IMG/VR virus record: IMGVR_UViG_2751185397_000002
Origin: an uncultured virus (IMG/VR IMGVR_UViG_2751185397_000002)
Lineage: Duplodnaviria > Heunggongvirae > Uroviricota > Caudoviricetes
DNA length: 64,000 nucleotides
Reading direction: 5' to 3' (one strand)
Shown here: positions 45,495 to 57,400 of the stretch, in pieces
How positions within the stretch are numbered: position 1 is the stretch's first letter
How the letters are laid out: every line of letters starts with the position of its first letter
Notes under the pieces: generated by a model
Database searches by the model: none
What the model was told of the DNA's origin: nothing
The model's input: only the letters and a program-made list of their open reading frames with translations
Translations under genes and position numbers: made by a program

Positions 45495-48400
45495 ATGGGA
45501 TCATCGGAAATTGGATTAAGCGATTTTTTCTCTAAACAAGATGGTTCCGGAAAACAAAAACAGTCAACACCAAGCAAGGGGCTTTCGCTTCCCGATCTAA
45601 ATCAGATCGTCACAAGCGAAGGCGCCGATCATCTAAAGCCAGTCATCCAGGCTATCTACAACCAAGAATCAGGCAGCGGTTCAAATGCGCGCACCAGCAG
45701 CGACGGCGCGCGCGGCGGCATGCAGATCATGCCCGGCACATTTCAGCGTTATGCCAAGCCAGGGGAATCCATCAACAACCCGGACGACAATATGCGCGTT
45801 GGTGTGCGCATCATCAAGGATTTGGGCGACAAATTCGGAAATGACCCGGCGAAGATTGCAACCGGGTATTTCTCCGGCGAGGGCAATGTCAATAAAGAGC
45901 GCGGACAAGCATTCAAAAAAGATCACGCCGACGGAAACGGCAAGCGCGTATCGAGCTATGTCGGCGATATTCTGGCGGCATTGGGCGGTGTATCGGATGC
46001 GCACGCTGAAAGTATGCCAGAAGCTTCCAAGCCTGATCTGGATAAGGCGCCCAAATGGACTGATATAGTCATTAACCCCGAGTTTTCTAAGCTATCGCAA
46101 GAGCAGCAATCGCTTGCAAAGAAGGCCTATTTTGATCATTACATACGGCCGCACGCTGGCGGACAGGCTGACAGCCTACTGCAACAATTCATGGCCGCAC
46201 CCAATGAGCCGCGTGACCGCACGATGGGCGAAGTTGCGTCCGATACCGGGGCGCAGTTGCTTGAGGGTATGCACAACATACTGGGCGCAGTTCCGAACCT
46301 TTTCGCTCCTGAAGGTGATATAGCCGGGTATTTCAATCAGAAATCCAAAGATGCGCAAGAGCTGCAATCCGATCCTTTGAAAGCGAGAATCGCGCGGGCC
46401 GATGCAGCCATAAAAGAAGCGGACAAAGACGGTGTGATGGCGCAGATCGCAGAAGCGGCCGGCCAGTATTTCAGTGATCCTGCGCTGGCTGCCCGTTTCA
46501 TCGTTACCAACCTGCCTAGCATGATTCCCGGTATTGGCGTAGCAAAATTAACGCAGATGGCTGCTAAGGCGCGGGGAGCATCGGCGGCCACAGCTGGTGC
46601 GCTGGCAACTACGGCGGCGGGAGCTACAGGAGCGGTATTGAATGCCGGTGGTGCGCGCGGTGAAGCATTCAACGACATCAAAGAAACGCTGATCAAGCAG
46701 GGTATGGACCCTGATCAGGCGGAAGAAGAAGCATTGAAGGATTCCAGGGTATCGGCTGCCGTCGGCGGTTTGGCTGGATTCGTCAGCGGCAAAACAGGTT
46801 TGGAAAATAGCCTGTTTGGCCAAGGAACATCGAAGAGCGCAGTCAAGGCATTTGCCAAGGGCGCGGCGGCGGAACTCGGCGGCGAGCAGTTGGAAGAAGT
46901 TGCGCCGAAGGTTGCCACCAACTACATGGCTGGACAGTACGATAACCGGAGGTTAGGCCAGGATGTCGGCAGAACCATCATTGAAACCGGCATTGCTTCC
47001 AGCCCAGGCGCGACATTTTCAGGTGGTGTGTCGGCGGCCAATACCTTTAGGCAGCCAGAGCAGCCAGAGCAGCCAGAGCAGCAGCAGGTTGATCCGCAGG
47101 ACGAGACTCAGCAAGCACAGCCGGAGGTGCAACCTGGAGCAACACAGGAACCAAGCCAGCCACAAGCCGATGCGAGCGAGCATCCTACCGTGCAGACAGC
47201 CAATTCCATCGTGCGCGATCTGGCGCAACAAGCCGGGATACCGGAAGAAGTAGTGTTGCCTAAATCGCCGCTTTCACCGGAAAACTTGTCACAAAAACTG
47301 AATCAGAATACCGGTTTTGATAAGGATGTTTTGAATTTTGCGGAAGGACGCTTAAATCAATTATTGGAAAAGCGTGACGGCCATATCCAGACGGGCATCG
47401 GCGATAACGGTCTGTCCGATCAAATGATAGAAGGACAAGGCTTATCGCCGCAGGAACAGCAAGAATTGGATGCGCTGCAATCAATGCGCGGCAATGTGTC
47501 AGGCATTAAAGACTTGTACGGCTTGAACCCGCAACAAACGCCGGAAGAAAAGCAGCCGGAATCGGTCAAGAAATTGAATCCGGTAGAGTCTGCGCCAGTT
47601 GCAGATCGCAGCGAGGATGACTTGCGCCAGCAAATGCGCAATGCCAACGATGGCAGAGTAAGAAACGCTATCGCTGAAGAATTGCGCAACCGTGACCGGG
47701 AAAAATCGGATCGTGAGGCAGCCGATAACTTGGTGACAGTTTCAGAGAAGCGGGCGAAAAAAACCGGCGAAACCGGCGATTCCAGAGTAAATGACCAAAT
47801 CGAAAAGGCTCAAGAAACGATTCAGCACGTTGAAGCTGCGCACCATGATGTAGCCAATAAAGTAAATGCTGCAGCGCACGAGGCAGCAACGTCGCCGGAG
47901 AACGATAGGCCGGAGCCGACAGAAGCACAAAAACAGGCTGGTAACTATAAAAAAGGACACCTTAATTTTGATGGCCTGGATATAAGCGTCGAAAATCCTG
48001 CCGGTTCAAAACGATCCGGTACCGATCCAAACGGCAAACCGTGGTCTGTCGATATGACGGCTCATTACGGTTACTTGAAGCGCAGTGAAGGAGCCGACGG
48101 CGATCAGGTGGACGTGTATGTACCTGAAAATCCGGTTCCTGGTTCACCAGTCTATGTGTTTGACCAATTCAACCATGACGGCAAGTTTGATGAGCACAAG
48201 GCCGTTGTTGGTGTATCAACGCAAGAAGAAGCGCAAAAAGTTTATGACGCGCATTTTTCTGATGGTAGCGGACCGCAACGCCGTCGCGGTGTCACTGCAA
48301 TGTCGGCAAGTGATTTCAAACAGTGGGCGCAAAACGGGAACACCCAAAAGCCACTATCAAAGCCAAAGACTGAACGCGAAGCCAAGGAACGCAAGAAGCC

Positions 48401-51400
48401 AATCAAGGACACTATAAACACAGAGCAATCAACCAGCAAAGTTGTTGCCGATACCGGCACGAAGAAGGCCACCAAGAAAGAAGAACACAAGCCAAAAACC
48501 GAGAAAGAATCCAAAGCGCGCCGCGCAAAACAAAAGGAGATAAGCAATGCAACTCAAGCCAATGAAACCAAGCAAACTGAAACGCCGGGAACAGCAGAGA
48601 CAGCAACGCCAAAAGAGCCAGATGTAGCAATCGAGCAACAAGACACTGCGCAATTCGCCAAAAACAAGATTTTCACAGCGGCCAAGGTAGCGGCTGCGCG
48701 CGCACGCCTCAAATCAAAACTAAATACGCTCAATTCTGGCGTTGACCCTGAGTTATTGCAGGACGGCATAACGCTGGCTGGCGCTTATATCGAGTCTGGA
48801 TTCAGGACGTTCGGGGAATATTCCGATGCCATGATTAATGACCTGGGTGAAAAGGTGCGCCCGTACCTGCGCAGTTTTTACGAAGCTGCGCGGCATTATC
48901 CGGGGCTTGATACTACCGGCATGACGACGGCGGCAGAGCTAGACCTTATGGAAAAAGAGGGAACCGCAAGCCACGTCAAGCAAGCAGAAGGTAATGAAAT
49001 CGCCATTGGAACGATTGAAAAGCCTAAGAAACGTACCAAAGAGCGCAAGAAAACAGACTTGGTTCTTAAAAATGATTACGGTGTTTCCAGCATAGACGGT
49101 TATGACAACGAAACCGGCGAGGGTGCTAGCGGTGTTGTCAAAAGACAATTTTTGAGCGACACAAAGAAATACCTTGAAGGCGTTCAGAAGTCTCTAGCGG
49201 CGGCGGGGTTTGTGCCTCACGCGAGAAATGGGAAAGCGCTTAAACCGGTTTCGGTGAACGAGGGCGGCATTGCTGTTTCAGGTGACGTGACATTATCCAT
49301 GTTCAACCCTGAAAAGCAGCGCGGCATATACATTCATATCGGCGGAACATCTTTACGCGGCACTGTTCCAACTACTAAATCTGGCGTGTCGGTAATGATG
49401 CGCGTTACCAAAGAGAATGATCCTTCCGGCGGAGATAATAACCGCTGGATGCCGGTCAACATGACAGATCAAGAACTGGCAAATGCAGCCAGCATAGAAG
49501 TTGAGAAGGTTGCCGACAGAGTAAATCCTGTTGCAAAAACACCCGATCAGTTACAAGATACTACCAAACCACAGGAGGTAGTGAATGCAAACCCTATATC
49601 AACCGAAAGCGTATCCGCCGGAAATAATGCAGGCGATACAGAAAATGCCGCCACTGGCAACGGACATAGCAAACCGCTGGATAATGGGGTGGCCGAAAAC
49701 GGTGAAAGCACTGATAGCGACCGGGGAGTATCTGGAAGCGCTGACAGTGCAGGAAGAAAACGAGCGAAAAGCACTCAGCGATCCGAGCCTGAATCACCTG
49801 TCGAGCTGGGAGAAAGCCGAAGTGATGGGGCTGACGCAAGCGCCGCCGACACCGAGCGAGGAGCCGGACGAGGAAGCGTAGAGCAAGATCATTCGATTGA
49901 CGCTGAAGAAATTGGAAAGGGCGGTCTTGCCAAGAAATACCGCGATAATGTCGATGCGATAAAGCTTCTCAAGAATCTGGAAACCGAGGGCAGGAAAGCC
50001 ACTCCGCAAGAGCGTAAAACGCTCGCCAAGTACGTCGGATGGGGAGCCATGAAAGGCCCGTTTGATCCGGAAAACAAGGCATGGGAAAAACAACATGCCG
50101 AACTGAAAGAACTGCTCACCGATTCAGAATACAAAGCCGCTCGCGCATCCACCAGAAACGCGCATTACACCAGCCCGGTAGCGGTCGGCGCCATGTACTC
50201 GGCGCTGCAACGCCTGGGGTTCAATGGCGGCCGATTGCTGGAACCATCATTAGGTGTTGGTAATTTCTTTGGTTTGATGCCGAAGGATTTGCGTAACTCA
50301 TCGCAGTTGCACGGTGTAGAGTTGGACTCATTAACCAGCCGGTTAGCCGCGGCGCTGTATCCAAAAGCCAAGATTGCGCAAAGCACTGGATTTGAGGATT
50401 TCGATATTCCGTCAGAATATTTCGACGTGGTAATAGGCAATCCGCCATTCGGTAACGAGCCGCTCGTAGACAAGGAACGCAGCGCATATTCTGGTTTCAG
50501 TATTCACAATTACTTCCTGGCCAAATCCATTGATAAGCTGCGCCCAGGCGGCATTATGGCCGTCGTCGTGTCGCACAATTTCATGGATGCGCAAGATGGC
50601 CGCGTGCGTAAATGGATTGGTGAGCGCGCCAGCCTGATCGGTGGCGTGCGCTTGCCTAACACCGCATTCAAGGAAAATGCAGGTACTGAGGTCGTTACGG
50701 ATATTCTAGTTTTCCAGAAGAACGATCCGAACGGCTTGAATAAAAATGCTGCGCCTTGGCAGGACGTTGCCGACCAGACGAATATCAACAGCAAGACCGA
50801 TGAACCGGTAACGCACAAAGTAAATCAATTCTTCGTGTCTCAACCGCAATACGTTCTTGGCAAGCCATCGGCAGCCGGAAAAATGTACTCGGCCAATGAG
50901 TACACAGTGGAATCCACTGGTGACATCGGTAAGCAATTGTCCGAATGGGTCGACTCGCTGCCAAAAGACATATTTACCAGCATCGCCAGAACCAATGATT
51001 CAAAATCAACCGATATGGCCGTTCCTGACGGTATCAAGGTTGGTTCGTTCTATGTGGATGCAAGCGGCAAAGTAATGCGCCGCGGTGCCGATGTCATGGG
51101 CGAAAAAACCGCCGAAGCATGGCAGCCAAAATCCGAAGCGCAATTAGGCCGCATGAAAGGCATGATCGCCATCCGCGACACGCTACGCACGCAAATGCGC
51201 ATGGAGCGTTCGCCCGATGCCACCCATCAGGAAATAGAAGACAATCGCGCCGAACTCAATCGAGTCTATGACGATTTCATCAAGAAATATAAATTCATCA
51301 ACACCGTAACCAATCGCGGCATATTCCTGGACGATACCGAAGCGCACTTGATTCAGGGATTGGAATTCGATTATGACCGTGGAATAAGCAAAGCCGTAGC

Positions 51401-54400
51401 CGAAAAGGAAGGGATAGAGCCGAAAGCACCCAGCGCGAATAAAGCGGACATATTTAAGCGCAGAGTCGCATTTCCGCCGCAGGATTTCTTGAAGGTATCG
51501 ACCGCAAAGGATGCCTTGCTTGCATCGCTGAATTATCGCGGCGGCATTGATTTGCCGTACATGTCCGAGGTATACGGAAAATCGCCAGAGGATATTATTC
51601 AGGAGTTGGGTGATGTGGTATTCGATGATCCGCAATCAGGGATTGTTGCTGCTGACGAATATCTGTCCGGCGACGTTAAGACAAAATTGCAGGAAGCCAA
51701 AGACGCTGCGCAGGCCGACAAGAAATACACTCGCAACGTCGAAGCGCTGGAAAAGGTAATTCCAAAAGACAAAACACCGAGCGAAATCAGCGTAAGTATC
51801 GGCGCATCTTTCGTGCCGGCCGATGTGTATCAGCAATTCATCAAGCATATATCCGGTGTGGATGCTGATGTGTCCTACATCAAAGCAACCGGGCAATGGG
51901 TGACGGCGCTCAATAACCAGGGCGATACCACATTGAATACGGCCAAGTTCGGCACTTCTGATTTGCCCGCAATATCCTTATTTCAGTTGACGATGCTAGG
52001 GCGTGGCGCGGTAGTCAAAAAAACCGTGCGCAATCCTGACGGATCAACAACGACCTATGTACTGGAACAAGAAACCGAAGCCGCGCGGGAAAAGCAAAAC
52101 ACAATCAAGGCGGAATGGCAGAAGTGGTTGTGGCAGGATGCGGAGCGTGCCGACAAGATCGCTTCCATCTATAACGACAAGATGAATCGCATCGTGCTGC
52201 GCAAATATGACGGCTCGCACATGAGCTTCCCCGGCATGAATCCGTCCATCGAGTTGCTTGGCAATCAGAAAAACGGTGTGTGGCGAGGTTTGCAGTCTTA
52301 CCGGGTGCTCTTTGATCATGTGGTTGGAGCTGGCAAAACATTTGCCATGACCGCACTCGCAATGGAAATGCGCAGGCTTGGCATTGCGCGCAAGCCGTTT
52401 TTTGCAGTTCCGAACCATCTTACCTTGCAGTGGATGAACGAATTCACGCGCCTGTATCCAGGATCGAATGTACTTGCGGCCACACCGGAGGATTTCAGCA
52501 AGGATAATCGTGAGCGCATGTTTGCCAAGATCATTACCGGCGATTGGGATGCGGTCATTGTCGGACATTCTTCCCTGAAGAAAATCGGCTTGCCACCGGA
52601 AACCGAGTCGGAGGTATTGCAAGAACAGATTGACGAACTGGCGGCATCCATCGAGGAAATGAAACGTGCGCGCGGCGATAGAAGGATTGTCGCGGACATG
52701 GAGCGCATCCGGAAGAATCTGGAAGCCAAGATGAAGGATAAGCTGGCCGCGATTGGCGAGCGCAGCAAGGTGGTGACGTTTGATGAGTTGGGCATCGATG
52801 CCATGATGATCGATGAAATGCACGAGTTCAAGAACTTGGCTTATCACACAACCATGGACCGCAATCCCGGTATGGGCAACCCTGCCGGGTCATCGAAAGC
52901 TTTTGATCTGTTCGTCAAAACACAATGGCTGTTTAATACCTTCGGAGAAAAGGCGCCCTATGTGACTGCGACCGGAACACCGGTATCGAATTCCCTGGTT
53001 GAGATGTTCAACATGCAGCGCTACATGCAATATCCAACATTAAAGCGCGAAGGTTTGAACGTGTTTGATGCCTGGGCGAAGCAGTTTGGCAGCGTGGAAA
53101 ACGTCTACGAAGTAGCGCCATCCGGATCCGGCTACCGGCAATCGACACGGTTTGCCAAATTCACCAATTTACCGGCATTGATGTCGCTCTATAACACATT
53201 CGCTGACACCATCACGCTGGACGATCTGAAGGTGCAGGAGGAAGCGCAAGGGAAACGATTTCCGGTACCGAAGATTTCTGGAGGGCGTCCGACGCTGATC
53301 GTAGCCAAACGCTCCCCGGCGGTAGCCGCATTGATGGGCGTGCCAAGAGCGCAGGTAGATGACAACGGGAATATCGAGTTTTCCGCCGATCTGAATAAGG
53401 AAATCAAAATCCAGCATGATGAGAAGTCGGATAAATACGATGCTTATGTTGGTGATAATCATGTCGGCAAATTCGATACCGAGCAAGATGCACGGTTAAA
53501 AATCGCTGAATTGGCGCTATCCCCGGTCGTGTCTGTTAATCCGGATTCCATCGTTGGGCGTTTTGCCAATCTGCGCCAGTTGACCAGGGATACAAAAGGC
53601 AAGGTTAACGCACTATCCTTGACCGGTGAAGCTAATAAAGCCGGGCTTGATTACCGGCTGATTAATCCGTCAGCGCCAGATTTTAAGGGATCGAAAATCA
53701 ATCTGGCCGTTGATAACATGATGCGGATATACAAGCAGTGGCAATCCGATCGTGGCACGCAGCTGGTGTTTTGCGATCTGTCCGTTCCGCTATCGGCACG
53801 CTCCAGTTTCTCGAACAAACCGCGCAGGCTGTATGTCCGCAATGAATCCGGTGCACTGGATATGAAGCGCGGCACCATGCACACGATGCCGGGACACGAA
53901 GATTTGCCTTATTTCATCGTTCAGCGCGGTAGCGGCAAGGATTCAAAACGCTTTGATGTATACGATGCGGCCAGTGGTGCGGCCATACTGACCGACAGCC
54001 GCAGCAAACAGGATGCAATGGATGCAGCCAACGGCATGCTGTCCAACGATGATAAGCGAAACGATTGGATTACCAAGCGTGAATCTACCGGTGAGATAGA
54101 GCAGGAAGCGATAGACGATTTCAACAATGAAAATGAAGTTGAAACTGAAAACCTGGAATTATTCACCCGAGAAGATATTGCCGGAATGTCCGGAGCTACG
54201 AAGTTTTCTGTATACGATGACATCAAGAAAAAACTGATTGCCAAGGGCGTGCCGGAGCGTGAAATTGCGTTCATACATGACTACTCGACACCGGTAGCCA
54301 AGAACAAATTGTTCAAAGCCGTCAATGAGGGCGAGATCAGGTTTCTGTTGGGTTCGACACCCAAAATGGGTGCGGGCACGAATGTGCAAAAAAGGCTTGT

Positions 54401-57400
54401 GGGTTTGCATCACATCGATGCGCCGTGGCGGCCGTCCGATCTAGAGCAGCGCGAAGGGAGAATTATCCGCCGCGGCAACGAGCTCTATGAGCGCGATCCA
54501 GATGGATTTGAGGTTTTCATCGGGCGATATGCTACGGAACAAACCTACGACACCCGGCGCTGGCAGATTCTTGAGCACAAAGCGCGCGGCATTGAGCAGC
54601 TGCGCAATTACGACGGCACGATCAATGAAATCGAGGACATTGACGGCGAAGCGGCAAACGCTGCCGACATGAAGGCGGCTGCTTCCGGCGATCCGTTGAT
54701 CCTGGAAGAAACCCGGCTGCGCAACGAAGTCCGCAGACTGGAGAAGCTGCAAGCCTCGCATGCCGATGAGGTTCTGGCGATGACCAGAAAAGCGCGCGAT
54801 GCCGAGTATTATGCGAAAAAGACTGCGCCAAGCATTATTTCCGAAGCGCAAGGATTGCTGGATGAAGCCAAGAAACACAAACTCGATAGCGAAGGATTCT
54901 CGCCGATAGCCGTTCAGGGCAGAAAACCAAAAGCAGACAAGGAATCTGCATACAAAGAGCTGGCGAGCGCATTCAATAGCGTGCGTGAGCACATCATCGA
55001 TACGGCTGATGTTCAATATCGCGGTATCGATTTCAGGCTGGAGCACTTAGCCAGTTCTGTGATTCTGCGCACACCTACCGGCAGTTCTGGCGTATGGATG
55101 ATGTCGGATGCATTCTCTCCGTCCGGCATGGTGCAGCGCATGAAAAATTATATCGATCGGCTGCCTGACACCATTCAGGACGCCAAAGCGCACGCTGATA
55201 AATCGATAAAGGATGCGGCCGCGCTGCGAGAACAAGCCAAGCAACCATTCCAACAAGCCGGTGATCTTGAGAAAACCAGGGAAGAGCATAAGCGCGTACA
55301 GCGCGCATTGATGGCCAAGGGTCCGCAAGTACCCGATGAACAGAAAGCTTTGCTTGTTGCTGGAATAGAAAAACAGAAATCCAGATTGCGGACGTTAGGC
55401 TATGGCGATGCGTTGGATGAGCTTCTCAGCAATGCCGATCAGGCTTCACTTCTTCTTGGAAATCCTGCAAATGTTGGGGGGGTCGAGATCGATGTCGCCC
55501 GGTCTACAGTTGATCGGATTGTCGCTGCTAACCAGAAAGTCTGGAATATCGATATATCCACGGTTGCGACGTTTGATGATCTGCCGGACAACGTAAAAAA
55601 CAACATAGCAAAAAACTATGGTGAGGATGCCGCCAAGAATGCAAAGGGTCTGGTTCATAACGGCAAAGTGTATGTTATCGCCAATAATAATGAAAGTGAA
55701 GCCGACATAGAGCAAACCCTTCTGCATGAGATCGAGGGGCACATGGGTGTCCGTAGGCTGTACGGAAGCGAGATCACAAAAAAGTTGAATGATCTGTATA
55801 TCGCCATCGGCGGCAGAAAAGGATTGATAAAACTGGCAAACGACCGTGGTATTACGGGTAGTCTGGTTGATTATGCCGACATGCTCAAGAATACCGAGCT
55901 GCCGAACGAAACCAGAATCAAGATCATGATGGATGAAGCGCTCGCTCATTACGCGCAAACACCGAAGTTTGGCGATAAGGTAAAGGCCATCGTTGGCATG
56001 ATCCGGGCATGGTTGAGAGATCACAAATTCGCCAAGCTGGCTGAGTTTGGTGAAACCGATCTGTTGAACATATTGCGCCAGGGACGGCAGAAGTTAAAAA
56101 CCGGCGATGGTGGCAATGATTCAGCGTTGATGATGGGAGATAGGAAGAGCGGCATTACAGAAACCATAACCATCGACGGCATTGATCGGCCAACGCGCAA
56201 CAGCAACGGCAAGCCAATTTATCCAACGGTTGAAGGTATTCGTAACTTCTGGAAGTGGTTTGGTGACAGTCGAGTTGTCGATGATCAAGGTAGGCCGCTG
56301 GTTGTTTATCATGGGACTGATAAAGACTTTAATGAATTTAAAAAAGATTCATTCTTCTCAGACGATGTTAATAATGCAAAGCCTTATGGCAACAGAGTCG
56401 TTGAGTCATATCTAAAAATAATAAATCCAGAGGTGGCGGATTACTCAGGGGCGCAAGATAACGATAAGGATTTTGATATTGAAGAAGCAAAAGATAACGG
56501 TAATGATGGTTTAATTATTTTAAATGCAGATGACGGTTACCATGTTGGTAATCAATACATTGCTTTTCACCCAAATCAAATAAAATCCGCCACCGGTAAC
56601 ACCGGCGCATTCAGCGAGAACGACGAAAGCATCCTCTTCAGAAAAGGCGGAAAAGAGCCTGATGATTACTCATCATCGGTTGATAGCGCGCAGGAAAAGC
56701 TATTCAACTTCTTCGGCAATAGCAAGGAAAAATCTCCAAAGAATTTCGGCTTATACCACAAAACATTGTCAACGCAGTATCACAAGGCGCTGAAAGATCA
56801 GCATTACGGGAAAGTGTTCTCGCTGGCCAATGCCATGCAGAATCATGTTTCGCTGGCATCGATCAGGCCGTCAGAATTGGCGCCCGGTGTATTGCCTCGC
56901 GTGGATGATGTCAAATCCGCAGCAAAAGGATTGTTCAAGGGCGCGCAGAACCAGAAATACATTAAGAAGGTTGCTGACGCGATGTTTGCCGGTACATTGG
57001 CGGGTAAAGGCGCAACCGACGGGCGCGTGTGGGACGATACCGAGCTTAAAAACGTGTTCGGTCTGGATAAAACCGGCATATCACTCTATCGGCAGGCGCG
57101 CGCAGCGGTCGATGCAAGTATCGACGAGCTGGCGGCGGCGGAAGGGTACGCGATGGCGCAGCACATTGTTCCCAAAGACATGCGCCGCATGATCATCGAT
57201 GAGCCCGGAATTGCCGGTACATTGCTCAAGAGCGAGGTGGAGCGGCAAGCCAACGTGCTCAATATTGCGATACAAAGCGCCAGGAAGCGCGGCGACGATG
57301 AAGGTGCTGCGCGTCTCGCGGCATTGCAGGAATCCTACGCCAGCACGCTCAAAAACCTAAACACGATATTCGATACCGCTGCCGGGCTAAAGAAAGGTGG

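Noticed and set aside
52044..56024. Long antisense ORFs within the giant gene
   Set aside because: Shadow frames with no SD or protein-like motifs
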